A stretch of DNA of 64,000 nucleotides from Eledone cirrhosa. Its lineage: Eukaryota. Below, piece after piece: positions 25,463-39,548 of this stretch. The stretch covers positions 287,432,001-287,496,000 of the forward strand of contig OZ024741.1 in NCBI GenBank assembly GCA_964016885.1. The letters are read 5' to 3'. Numbering within the stretch: position 1 is the first letter of the stretch; each line of letters begins with the position of its first letter. Below the pieces are notes generated by a model. The model was not told the origin of the DNA, searched no databases, and saw only the letters and a list, made by a program, of their open reading frames with translations. The position numbers and the translations under genes are program-made.

Positions 25463-25708
25463 TTTTATATGGAAAAAGTGGCTCGAAATTCCAGGTTTTT
25501 CGAGAAGTAATTTGATTGGTTTGTCAATAATTATAATAAATTTCGCGCCAGTTCGCGTTACAATAGTTCTTCAAATAAGAGAGGGGGGATTTGTCACAGG
25601 TTGTTTTTTTCATATATATGAGTGTTTGAATTTCTTTTTACTTGAAAAAAGGAGGCTCACGAAGGCTTTTTTGGGGTTGGTTATGAATGAAATTTGGCTG
25701 TCACGTGA
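25463..25708 (-). promoter_or_regulatory. Putative pseudo-LTR Pol II promoter (E-box, E2F-like, CCAAT, TATA)
   Basis: TCACGTGA 25701-25708, TTTCGCGC 25541-25548, CCAAT 25515-25519 (minus), TATAAAA 25463-25469 (minus); the same motif types are retained in diverged copy 51140-51330. Confidence 0.5.
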
Positions 25709-25912
25709 ACAAGTTTTTATTACATTTTTGCGCCCTTATTTGGAAAACTATTCTGTAGTCTTTATAGTGAATGTTATGACAATGGAGAGATAGTGGTCAA
25801 GAGAAAAGGGATTGGGAGAAATGTTCTGGTTCAGTGAATATGGCCAGCTCGCCGGGGTGTTTCTATTGAGACTGAAGATATGTATGTTTATTTGTGTGCT
25901 TGTGTGTGTGTA

Positions 25913-25990
<78 letters not shown>

Positions 25991-26473
25991 TATTGGAAGA
26001 TGATTCTATTAGTAGAGATGGGGGAGGGAGTTGTGTGTGTGTGTGTATATGGGTGTTATGTGTGTGTGTGCGAGTATGTTAAGATGGAGAGAATATATAT
26101 TTTGTGTGTGTGTATATATATATGTGTGTAGGAAAGTGGTTCTATTAGTAGAAATGGGGAGGGAGTTGTAGGTGTGGGGGTTGTTATGTGTGTGTATGGG
26201 TGTTATGTGTGTGGGAGTATGGTTAGCATGTTAAGATGAAGAGAATATATATATATATATATTGTGTGTATGTGTATGTGTGTGTGTAGGAAAGTGATTC
26301 CTTTAGTAGGAATATTTTTGAATGAACATATTTTCCTTACTTTTTCGTGTTTGCTGTTGTATTGCCAGTGCAAACGTATGTTAAGGTTTATTTAGTTCGG
26401 GTTTTTATTTTCTAAAGTAGAAGGTGTTATGTGTGTGTGTGTATGTCATATTGTGGTGTTGACATAATGTATA

Positions 26474-28742
26474 TTAAACCTTATTTAATGTTGGTCTATA
26501 TTTTTGAATAAACATATTTTCCTTATTTATTCGCATTTGTTCTGTTGTATTGTTAGCGCAAAGGTAAAATGGGAAGACTTGGAATTTGGGTGTCTTATTA
26601 CTTGCGCAAATGTCTAGATGTGCACTTAGTGGTATCTGTCTCGTGGTTGGATCTCGTAATTGTTGGCGATGAACTGTCATTCTGTTTCTGAGTGTGAGTT
26701 TAGTTTGTCCTATATAATCTTCCTTGCATCCTTTACATTTAATGGCATAAATTAGATTTTTTGATGAGCAAGTGAAGTGATTTTTTACAGTAAAATTTTG
26801 TCCTGATTTAAATGTATACGTGTTGCCTTCAATGAGGTGAGTGCAGGTTCCACAATTAGAGCGACCACATTTTTTTATACTTGGTTGTGGGTTTGTGGTA
26901 GGTAATTTGGCATTGGTGAGTAATGTTTTCAGTGATTTTGGTTGTCTTTTGCTTTTGATTATTTTGTGTGTTTCAAGGGCTTTTTTCATTCTTGGGTTTT
27001 GTTTTAGTAGTGGGATGTTATTGTGAATAGTGTTGTAAGCTTCCGCATTTCTTGGGTTGTGTGTTGAGATATATGATAGAATATTGGACGTACCTTGAAT
27101 TTGTTTCTGTTTCCGTAATTCATCAATGCCTATTGCTTTAGCCCTTTCTATTCCATTATTTATTAGTAATAATGGGTACTCTCTCTCAAGTAGAATTTCC
27201 TTTAATTCTTGAAGTCTTTTATTTCGCGTTTCATAATTGGAGACAATTGTGCAAATTCTTCTTGCTAGGTTAAAAGGAATGTTCGTCTTCGTGTGCTTTG
27301 GATGGTTGGAGGTGAATAGCAGATATTGTTTGGAATCTGTTGGTTTGTAGTGTATGTCAGTTTCGATATTTGTGTCTTTTTTTGTGATTAAGATGTCCAG
27401 AAATGGGAGTTGATCTTGGCTGTATTCCATTGTGAATTGGATGTGGTTACTGATGCCGTTTATTAAGTTTTTGAAATCCTTCAGTTGGTCGAGTGTGTGG
27501 GACCAAAGAATGAGGCAATCGTCCAAGTAGCGTTTCCAATTCTCTGATAAATATTTGTGGAAGTTCAATCCGTATTTTGATTTGGACTGTTCATATATCT
27601 GGACTTCTAAGTATGCCATGACTAAGTTGGCATAAGTTGGAGCGGCTTTTGTGCCCATCGCAGTCCCCGATATTTGCTTGTAAGTATTGCCATCGAAATC
27701 AAAAAAGTTGTTCTGTAGGATGAATTTTAATCCCTCGGTGATGAAGCTTTTTTCTATTCTGTCAGGTATCTCATTGGGATATTTCTCTAGCCAGAATCCT
27801 ATTGCTTCTAGTCCGTATTGGTGTGGGATCGTTGTGTAGAGATTCACTACATCGAAAGACACAATAATAGTGTCGTTGTTGACATGTTTTGGGAGGTGGT
27901 TTAAGAGGTCCAGATCGTCTCTTACAAGGCTTGGTATGTTTCAGTATTGGTTTCAGTAGTATGTCTATAAAGTTGCTCAATCTGTGTGTTTCACATTGTG
28001 GGCCCGCTACAATTGGTCTTAATTTAAGGTCTGTGGGGTATTGTGTGTTCACGCAGGCTGAGGTGGATTGTTTACAGGCATCGTTGATTATTTTACATTT
28101 GTGGATCTTCGGAAGTCCGTAAAGGTTGCTGGTTTTGTATTCAAAATTTGTTAAATAATCGCGTTCCTTTTTAGTTAGGTCTTCCTGGTATCGATAAATC
28201 AGTGTGTTTAATTTGGTCATTATTTTTGATTGCTGGTAGTTTTTTACTCTTTCATAGTAATTAGTATTTTGTAAGAGAGAGAACATAGAATTTTTATATT
28301 TTTCAGCCTCCATAATGACAACAGTACTTCCCTTGTCCGCTTCCTTAATTACAATGTCCGTATTGTTTTTTAGTTCATGGATAATCTCCCATTCCCTTCG
28401 ACTTGTGTTGGGTTTGGGTTTAGGTTGCGGTAGTTCATGGTATGGGAAGGTAGCTATGTGATCACAAAATTTGTCCAGAACTCTGTTTCTACCTTTTGTT
28501 GGGTTGTAGCTGCTTTTATTCCGTACAATTGATTCGTCGTTATTCTCCTTGTCAAAGAATTCCTCTGTGAGACGTAATTTTCTACAGAAGTGTGAGATAT
28601 CGTCATTTATCTCGTTGGGGTTAAGGTATTGTGGTGTTGGTGTGAATTTCAGACCTTTGGAGAGAATTTTTACTTGTTGGGCTGAGAGGTTTGTATTTGA
28701 AATGTTAATTATTTTCGGTTTTTCAAAATCGGTTTGTGCCAC
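26474..28742 (-). pseudogene. PLE polyprotein: reverse transcriptase + GIY-YIG endonuclease, single frameshift near 27930
   Basis: IINIS..LSKGLKFTPTP, YGLPKIHK, LRPIVAG, SFDVVNLY, GTAMGT, RYLDD, LPFLD, CGRSNCGTC, LIYAIKCKGC..YIGQT..R...H. Confidence 0.93.
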
Positions 28743-28844
28743 CGGGTGTCGTGAGTCCTGTAGCCTTGGTCTAAAAAATGATTTTTCTGGAATGTTTTTT
28801 CATTGGTATTATTATATCTAATGGTATTTCCCCTATATATATTT

Positions 28845-29927
28845 CTAGGGCGGGTAAAATACCCGAGATCCATGGACGAGTTCTCTCCAGCGGTGTCTGT
28901 CCCTCATTATCGCTGCCATGTCCTGCCACTCCAACAGACCAGTGTCTGTCCTTAGGGCATCAACATACGTTAACCTTTGTCTTCCTCTTCCAGTGTGTCC
29001 ATGTAGGGGCTCCCACAGGAGCACTGAGTGCAATGTCAACTCTGGATGCCGGTGAGCATGTCCAGCTAACCTCAGTCTCCTCTGTGTCACTTTTGAGCTG
29101 ACTTTTGGGAGGCTCCCATACAGTTCTGAGTTTTTCATCCTCAGTGTATACTGATTAATGTTCAGAGCCATCCTCAGCATTCTTGTGTAGCACCCATCTA
29201 CCCTCTGAGTGAGTTTCTTGGTCAGTGTCCAAGTCTCAGACCCGTACAGCAGCACAGACTCCACTACAGCATTACTTTAGGAAGGTCTTTGATTCTGTGG
29301 ACCGTCACTGCCTGATGAAGATCTTATAGGCTTATGGAATCCCCAAGAAGATAGTGGACCTGATATCACTGCTCTACACCAACACCGAAGCCCAAGTCAT
29401 TACACCTGATGGTATGACAGAGTTCTTTGAGATACTGGCTGGAGTGCTCCAGGGAAATACATTAGCTCCCTACCTTTTTATCATCGTAGTGGACTATTGT
29501 ATGCGCCTTGCACTGGAGCAACACCGGGACTCTGGCTTTACTGTAGCGCCGGCTCAGAGCAGGAGAGTTAAGGCGAAAAAGGTATCAGATGCTGAATTTG
29601 CCGACCACATAGTTTTGGTGACAAATACAGTGAAGGAGGCAGAGGATTTGATGCAGGATGTTGAGACTATGTCGATGAGTGTGGGGCTGAGAATGAATGA
29701 GACTAAAACAAAATATCTGGTAGAGAATGTTGAGAAGCCAGAGGGGATCACTAATGTAGGCGGGACGCCGCTAGAATTGGTTGAGGACTTCCTGTATTTG
29801 GGAGAAAAGTTTGGGAATACGGAAGATGATGTGGTTGAGAGGAAGAGCAAAGCCTGGGCGGCGTACCACAGCTTGAGTTCGGTGTGGAAGTCAGAGCTTC
29901 GTAAAGACCTGAAAATCCGACTCTTCA
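28845..29927 (-). mobile_element. RTE LINE with inverted 5' segment
   Basis: 28845-29270 (minus) encodes VESVLLYGSETW..RLAGH..GRGR; 29272-29927 (plus) encodes KVFDSV..GVLQG..FADH..KDLKIRLF, the immediately preceding part. Confidence 0.9.
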
Positions 29928-29942
29928 TATATATATATATAT

Positions 29943-30235
29943 GTGGTTCAGTGATTAGTGTGTTTAGTGCGTTCAGCTCTGTATCGTAAGGTCGAAAGTT
30001 CAATTACCGGCGCCGCGTTGTATTCTTGAGCAAGACAATTTATTTCATGTTACTCCAGTCAAGAATGAGTTGTAGCTATAATCCAAATGCCTCTCACTGT
30101 CGCACTGAACCTCCATGAGAATTATGTTAATGCTACACGTGTCTGTGAAATTGTCAGCCACCTACATATTAATTTCATGAGCAATCTGTTCCGTTGATAG
30201 ACAACTGCAATACTCATCGTCGACATCGACAGAAC
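29943..30235 (+). mobile_element. Diverged tRNA-derived SINE (third family)
   Basis: GTGGTTCAGTGATTAG A-box, AGTTCAATTACC B-box-like; related copies at about 200-440 (+) and 59770-60020 (-). Confidence 0.6.
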
Positions 30236-30357
30236 TACTCTCCATTCCATTCATGTGTGTGTGAGTGTGTGTTTAGTTCGATCGTTGAATCAATCAATCT
30301 GAGCACGGTAAGTATCGAAGCAGTCACACACACACAGACTCTCTCGATATATATATT

Positions 30358-30430
<73 letters not shown>

Positions 30431-30435
<5 letters not shown>

Positions 30436-30622
30436 AAAAGGATCAGGACCCCGACGGCTGAGCTCCGGCCGTTCCGACAGCTAGATCCGGGCTGTCGAAA
30501 CGACCGGAGCTCAGCCGTCGGGGTCTTGACTCATTTCCTATTAACCACTATAATACCCTAAGTATCGAGTACTCTGGTGCGTTATGGTCCACCTGGTTCC
30601 TTACCACACCTTCCTTGTTCTT
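30431..30622. mobile_element. Family D fold-back mini-element
   Basis: Inverted arms around CTAGATCCGG; family D tail. Confidence 0.8.
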
Positions 30623-30705
<83 letters not shown>

Positions 30706-31097
30706 GTGTGTGTGCGTGTGTATATTTATTTACTATACCTATAATGTGTATAAACATTGACACTCTTTTCTTACATTATGTCTCTCTCTACCAAAACTAC
30801 GTCGACACACAGATTGGAGACGCCCACCTTGCATTCATACATCAATACGTAATTTTCTTTGTGTGTGAATATATATATACGTGTGTGTGTATATCTGTGT
30901 GTGTGTGCATGTGTATAGAGGGAGATATGTATATTTGTGTGTGTATATATATGTATATATACATATATATAAACATATCTATACATATATATGCAGAGGT
31001 TATATTTAATTTGTTGGGATTCAACAAGCTTAAACATTTTAGTGGAGTAAATATTCAATATATTAATAAATGGAAGCTATATTTATAAAAGTATAAT

Positions 31098-31163
31098 TAT
31101 TTTATTATATATATTTCAAGGGCAACCAAGGCAAATTTTGGTGCGCTTTCATCAGATAAAATA
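31098..31163 (-). ncRNA. Type I HHR (family C-like)
   Basis: Minus strand: TATTTTAT CTGATGA AAGCGCACCAA..TTGGTTGCCCTT GAA ATATATAT A ATAAAATA. Confidence 0.85.
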
Positions 31164-31257
31164 CAAATTTGTTTTATAAATAAATATTGACATACCCGCA
31201 TAAAGACAACCTTAACGGTTGAGGTTCGCTGGATAGTCTATATATATATATATATGC

Positions 31258-31296
<39 letters not shown>

Positions 31297-31297
31297 T

Positions 31298-31535
31298 AAT
31301 AGGAAAAGAGTCAGGACTCCAACGGTGACTTAGTTCTGATCTAGGTGTCGAAACGCATGGTGCTCAACCGACGGAGTCCTGACTCTTTTCCTATTACCCA
31401 GTGGACCATACGCACCAGAATACTCAATATTTAGGGTAGTAAAGTGGGTAATAGGAAAAGAATCAGGACCCTGTCGGTTGAGCACCAGGTGTTTCGACAG
31501 CTAGATCAGAACTAAGTCACCGTCGGGCTCCTGTC
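31298..31535. mobile_element. Two tail-to-tail family D variants
   Basis: 31298-31400 (+) and 31401-31535 (-); stem II variant GACGGT..GCTGTC GAAAC. Confidence 0.7.
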
Positions 31536-31591
31536 AATACAGGAATTGAACTATCAAGATCGTAGAGGTATGTCATATATCAAATCATACA

Positions 31592-31653
31592 TTTTATCTG
31601 ACGAGGACGTACTGAAAAAACGACACCAGTCCCTCGAAATATATATAATAGAG
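31592..31653 (+). ncRNA. Type I HHR (family C)
   Basis: TTTTAT CTGACGA GGACGTACTG..CAGTCCCTC GAA ATATATAT A ATAGAG. Confidence 0.75.
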
Positions 31654-31697
31654 CATATATTTTGATTACGTGAATGTCTTTATTTGTTAATATTTTG

Positions 31698-31763
<66 letters not shown>

Positions 31764-31770
<7 letters not shown>

Positions 31771-32043
31771 TACAAATATTAATAAAATAGATGTTCTTTT
31801 GATCAATTAAATTTTATTATACATATTTCAGAGGTACAACAGTTCGTCCTCATTTGTCTGATGAGGACGTACTGTTGTAGCTCTGAAATATGTATAATAA
31901 AATTTAATTGATCAAAAGAACATCTATTTTATTAATATTTGTATTTTAATATTAATAACTCTTGAAAATTATTTTTTTGTAGAGTGCTTCCAATCTACTG
32001 TAAAACTCATTCTTTGATGTACTCATTGAATCTTGTTTAACTC

Positions 32044-32049
<6 letters not shown>
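31764..32049. mobile_element. Family C fold-back element with HHR at 31853-31901 (+)
   Basis: Arms 31764-31853 and 31861-31952 inverted; CTGATGA 31858, GAAATATGTATA; GAGTGC 31982; (TA)n both sides. Confidence 0.8.
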
Positions 32050-32086
<37 letters not shown>

Positions 32087-32164
32087 TTCAAAATATTAAT
32101 AAATATATTTCGTTTCTGAATTTGTTTAGCAAGATTCTTTATCTGAAATCGTGTGTTGAAACCG

Positions 32165-32260
32165 ATATTGTTATACTTTGGGAGGGTCATGTTGCCAATA
32201 AGAAACACACGCGCGTGTGTTTCTTATTGGCAACATGACCCTCCCAAAGTATAACAATAT
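32165..32260. repeat. Perfect 96-bp spacerless palindrome
   Basis: Centre CACACGC|GCGTGTG at 32212/32213; arms match exactly by eye. Confidence 0.95.
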
Positions 32261-32351
32261 TAATAAATATAGATATTCACGTAATCAAAATATAACTGCC
32301 AAGACTAGAATTGAACCATCAGCACAGTTGAGGTATGTGATATATCAATTT

Positions 32352-32423
32352 ATATATTTTATCTGATGAGGACGTACTGAAAAAACAGCACAGTACCTCC
32401 GAAATATATATAATAAAATATAT
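32352..32423 (+). ncRNA. Type I HHR (family C)
   Basis: ATATATTTTAT CTGATGA GGACGTACTG..CAGTACCTCC GAA ATATATAT A ATAAAATATAT (11-bp stem I). Confidence 0.9.
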
Positions 32424-33278
32424 TTTGATTACGTGAATGTCTATATTTATTAATATTTTGAATTAATATTAATAACTCCAGAAAACAACTGTTGAGTGCT
32501 TCTAATCTATTGTAAAACTATATTCATTGATTAATCAATGAACCTTGTTTAACTTTTGGTTATATATATATGTGTGTGCGTGTGTGTGTGTGTATGTGGG
32601 TGTGTGTGAATATATGTGTGTGTATCTATGTGTGTATATGTGTATATGCGTGTGTGTTTGTGTCTGTGTATATGCGTGTAAGTAGTACAATATACAAAAA
32701 TATAAAATATACCTTTGTGTTTTCAGTGATTAAACTACATAAAAATATATATTTCAATATGTTAAGTTAATGAGTGTGGAAGCAGACGCAATGCAGCCTC
32801 GTGTCCCTGGAGGTGGGCATTTAAAGTATAGAACTTAGATCAACCGTACATTAAATTACATATTTTTTTATATTTTGGATCTTTTATTGGTTTCACTCAT
32901 TTAACTGCGGCCATGCTGGGTCACCATTTTGATCCCAGTACCTATATTTTCAAAACTGGCTCTTAATCTGTCGATTACTTTTTATTGAATTGTTACGTCA
33001 TTGTGCATAATCACATATGCACTTACACACACACACACGCACACACATATATATATTTGATTCTACTTTTGTCACGAGGCCACCGATTACCCAGTACATT
33101 ACAGGTACTTTATTCTATCGACCCCGTAACGATGAAAGGTAAAGTTTACCTCGGCGGGATTTGAATACATAATACAAGGACGAATGGTTACTCCGTCCTT
33201 ACGTTTATTGGTTGGTGACGCAAGGTTGGATCTGTATCGATCTAGCCCAACTCTGGAATCAAAGGCTCTTCGGACCTC

Positions 33279-33406
<128 letters not shown>

Positions 33407-33409
33407 ATA

Positions 33410-33530
33410 TTAGAAAGTGAGGTTTTTTTACAAAATGAAAAATAACCGGGGTGTCCTACACGAGTGAAAGTATAAAGAAAAAAAGATGAAATCGAAAATG
33501 CAACTGGAGTCTTATTTTTAAAAGAATATA
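33410..33530 (-). mobile_element. Solo 3' end of the PLE pseudo-LTR
   Basis: Matches 25224-25348; abuts (TA)n; followed by a 42-bp perfect palindrome 33533-33574. Confidence 0.9.
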
Positions 33531-33629
33531 CTATAGTATAGAGTATCTGTTCTAGAACAGATACTCTATACTATTTCCTGTCAGCATGGCTTGGCAAGAT
33601 ATTTAGAACGCTGGTTTGAGACCTTTATT

Positions 33630-33667
33630 TCCCTCTGAAGAAGAGATATTATCTCGAAAATTAAGGA
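33630..33667 (+). ncRNA. Minimal type I HHR
   Basis: CCT CTGAAGA A GAGAT ATT ATCTC GAA AATT A AGG, followed by AATAAA. Confidence 0.7.
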
Positions 33668-33825
33668 CATTTAAATAAATCTAAGGTAAAGGACGAACTG
33701 TCAACAATATCTTTTACAATTGCATTCTTTTTTCTATGTCCATACCTGCATTGTTTTGGCTTTATTACACATATTCAAACGTTTATACCTCATTACACAA
33801 TGCTTCAAGTGAACTATAACCTCCT

Positions 33826-33915
<90 letters not shown>

Positions 33916-34086
33916 ATATATATAGCTAAAGATATGACAACATAAACACGGGGATGCAAAAGCACAGGCGTATTAGGATCACGCTTCGGAGGGAGTAGAG
34001 AATATATATGTGCATGTGTCTGTGATTGTGTATATGTGTGTGTGTGCGCGCGTGGGCGTATGTCTGCGTCTGTGTGCGTGTATATA

Positions 34087-34144
<58 letters not shown>

Positions 34145-34185
34145 TTCAAAATATTAACAAAAATAAACATTCGTGTGATCAAGTA

Positions 34186-34252
34186 TATTTTATTATACAT
34201 ATTTCAGAGGTACTGAGCTAACTTTAACAGTACGTCCTCATCAGATAAAATA
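34186..34252 (-). ncRNA. Type I HHR (family C)
   Basis: Minus strand: TATTTTAT CTGATGA GGACGTACTG..CAGTACCTCT GAA ATATGTAT A ATAAAATA. Confidence 0.85.
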
Positions 34253-34510
34253 AGATGATGCATGACATACCCTGACATAGTAGATGGTTAAGATTCAGTC
34301 ATGGTAGTGAATAAGATATGACAAAACTCAATATTTATATACCTTAAGATTGAGACATGAAAAAATGTACATATAATACAGAGGGTGCGTGTGAGAAAGC
34401 TTAAAAATACATAATAGCAATTTACATAACTGTTAGAGATTCAAATAATTTAAATGCTTCCAATCTATTGTAAAACTCACTCTTTGATTTATTCATTGAA
34501 CCTTGTTTAA

Positions 34511-34575
<65 letters not shown>

Positions 34576-34909
34576 ATATATGTATATATGTATATATGTA
34601 TATATGTATGTATATATGTATGTATATATGTATATATATATATGTATATATGTATGAATGTATTTATGTATGTATGTTGGAAAATGAAGGAATCACAAAC
34701 GTAGAAAATAGCTGTATCAACAGTCAATTACTATAAATAGCAGATCAGAATATCGGATAAAATACTCCTATGGCAGGGAAAAGTGGCCTGAAGCCACTTT
34801 TTTGAAAAGAATTTCAAATTATCTACCGCTTTGATTGTGTGTATAGAAGGGTTATCTATCTCGTTATCTATTCGTCTATCTATCTGTCATTCTCCTGCAC
34901 TTTCTCCCG

Positions 34910-35210
<301 letters not shown>

Positions 35211-35464
35211 TATGTATATATATATATATATATATATAAGAACAAAAGATGGTTAAAAGAGTTCCATGTATTTTATTATGCGCATTTCAATACTTATCTG
35301 ATATCTGCATTGCTTTATTGTACTACAATAAAACTCACCTCCTACATTATATATATATATATATATATATATAACGGTATTAAATAAATGGAAACTATAT
35401 TTATAAAACCATATTTATTTGAAAGGTATGTCGAATCTATCTATTTATAAGACTGTTTATATTG

Positions 35465-35530
35465 TATTTTGTCTGAAGAAGGCATAACATATTTTTAATA
35501 TGATATCCCTGAAATATATATAATGAAATA
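35465..35530 (+). ncRNA. Type I HHR inside a fold-back element (about 35375-35660)
   Basis: TATTTTGT CTGAAGA AGG..CCT GAA ATATATAT A ATGAAATA; GAGTGC at 35594. Confidence 0.8.
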
Positions 35531-35656
35531 ATATGGTTTTATAAATATAGTTTCCATTTATTTAATATCGTAAATATACTCCAAATACTTGTTGAGTGCT
35601 TTTATATCAGTTATAAATATTTACTCGTTGTTAACCCAACAATTTAAATAAAACTT

Positions 35657-35710
<54 letters not shown>

Positions 35711-35838
35711 GGATTTACATAACGATATAAGGCAAGGAAGTGATGACAGACTGGGAGATGTATTTATAACCCCTTACAGAAACAAGAGCGACAGAGAAAA
35801 ACAGATAGATAGAGAGAGAGAGAAAAAGAGAGAGAGAA

Positions 35839-35899
<61 letters not shown>

Positions 35900-36061
35900 T
35901 AGGAGGCAAAAGAGGCATAAAAAGCATACATAGTAAAAAAAAAAAGTTGAAAAACAAGGATAACCATAATAGCAGCTAAAAGTTCTGATGTTGAATCTTT
36001 TCGTGACCTCCATGTACATAAAGATCTTGTTTATAGAGTGAGTATATGTGTATATATATAT

Positions 36062-36192
<131 letters not shown>

Positions 36193-36293
36193 TATACATA
36201 TATATATATGCATATATATATATATGCACATATATATACATATATATATATGCATATATATATATGCATATATATATATACATATATATATAC

Positions 36294-36366
<73 letters not shown>

Positions 36367-36472
36367 AACGAGTAGGACCTACTCGTTCCTATTACCCACT
36401 CTACTACCCTAAGTATTGAGTACTTTGGTGCGTTATGGTCCACCTGGTTCCTTACCACATTTCCTTCGTTAT

Positions 36473-36560
<88 letters not shown>

Positions 36561-36561
36561 G

Positions 36562-36592
<31 letters not shown>

Positions 36593-36726
36593 GTATGTAT
36601 CATGGCTTGGCTTCTATATGAATCTGGTATAAATCGGGAGGCAACCATTGTAAAAAACGGTACTCAATACGTTAGTATAGTACAGGTATATTAATTTTAT
36701 TATAGAAATGATTTCTACAGGGTTAC

Positions 36727-37280
36727 ATGTGTGTGTGTGTGTATGTGTGTGTGTATGTGTGTGTGTGTGTGTGTATGTGTGTTTGTTTATGTGTGTGTGC
36801 GTATGTGTATGTATGTGCGTGTTTGTGTGTGTATGTATGTATGTGTGTGTGCCTGTTTGTTTATGTGTGTGTGCGTATGTGTATGTATGTGTGTGTTGTG
36901 TGTGTATGTATGTGTGTGTGTGTGCGTGTTTGTTTATGTGTGTGCGTATGTGTATGTATATGTGTTTGTGTGTGTGTGTGTGTGTGTGTGCGTATGTGTA
37001 TGTATGTGTGTGTGCGTATTTGTTTATGTGTGTGTGCGTATGTATGTGTGTGTTTGTGTGTGTGTGTTTGTGTGTGTGCGTATGTGTATGTATGTGTGTG
37101 TTCGTGTGTGTATGTATGTATGTATGTGTGCGTTTTTGTTTATGTGTGTGTGTGTGCGTATGTGTAGGTATGTGTGTGTTTGTGTGTGTATGTGTGTGTG
37201 TGTGCGCGTGTTTGTTTATGTATGTGTGCGTATGTGTATGTATGTGTGTGTCTGTGTGTGTATGTATGTATGTGTGTGTA
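36727..37280. repeat. Degenerate (TG)-rich compound microsatellite
   Basis: TG/TATG/TTTG/CGTA motifs with loose higher-order repetition. Confidence 0.9.
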
Positions 37281-37519
37281 TTATTAAGATTCCTTCCTGC
37301 TGCCACTCAAAGTTTCGCGGGTCCCCACTAAATACGCATTTTTTTCATCCACTGGAGCTTGCGAAACCTTGTAGCAACAGAAAGTAATCTCAGTAATATA
37401 AGGATTTCTGATTTTGGCAGAAGGCCAGCAATTTGGGGATAGGGGGGAAGTCGATTAAATCTACCCCAGTATATTACTGATACTTTATTTTATCACTCGT
37501 AAAGATGAAAGGCAAAGCT

Positions 37520-38633
<1,114 letters not shown>

Positions 38634-38734
38634 CCATACGTTTGAGTTTGCAAACGAAAAGAACGTACTCAATACCAAAATAGAGAATATAAAGTATTGT
38701 ATAGAAAATATTGTAACAAGAAGCCAACAGTATT

Positions 38735-38773
<39 letters not shown>

Positions 38774-38784
38774 TATAGATATAT

Positions 38785-38950
38785 GTCGAAACGGCTTGAG
38801 CTCTGCCGTCAGGGTCAAACATCTTCCTATTACCCACTCTACTACCCTAAGTATTGAGTACTCTGGTGCGTTATGGTCCATCTGGTTCCCTACCACACCT
38901 CCTTCGTTATATATATATATACATACGCATATATACATATACATATAAAC

Positions 38951-39008
<58 letters not shown>

Positions 39009-39209
39009 CAAAGTAATTGTGGTAAGGAACCAGATGGACCATAACGCACCAGAGTACTCAATACTTAGGGTAGTAGAGTGGAAATTAGGAAAAAGTATGA
39101 CCCCGAAACGGCTTGAGCTCTGCCGTCGGGGTCATACTTTTTCCTAATATATAAATATATAAATTCTCTATACATATCGGGAAGTGACCACATGTACATT
39201 TTATTATAG

Positions 39210-39251
<42 letters not shown>

Positions 39252-39509
39252 TGACCACATGTACATTTTATTATAGAATATATATATATATATATATATA
39301 ACGAAGGAAATGTGGTAAGGAACCAGGTGGACCATAACGCACCAAAGTACTCAATACTTGAGGTAGTAGAGTGGGTAATAGGAACCAGTAAGACCCCGAC
39401 AGCTGAGCTCAAGCCGTTTCGACGGCTAATTCTGGACTCAGAATTAGCCATCGAGTCCAGAATTAGCCGTCGAAACGGCTTGAGCTCAGCTGTCGGGGTC
39501 TTACTGGTT

Positions 39510-39512
<3 letters not shown>
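38785..39512. mobile_element. Cluster of three family D elements (38785-38908, 39007-39146, 39300-39512)
   Basis: Family D tails in both orientations separated by (TA)n; the third copy shows the full 14-bp stem II hairpin. Confidence 0.85.

Positions 39513-39548
<36 letters not shown>

Larger units (their letters stand above)
25224..28832 (-). mobile_element. Penelope-like retroelement (Neptune-type), 5'-truncated, with 3' pseudo-LTR ending in (TA)n
   Basis: RT + GIY-YIG ORF, a long 3' region with promoter-like motifs and an HHR; 3' end shared with 33410-33530 and 42817-43176. Confidence 0.92.
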
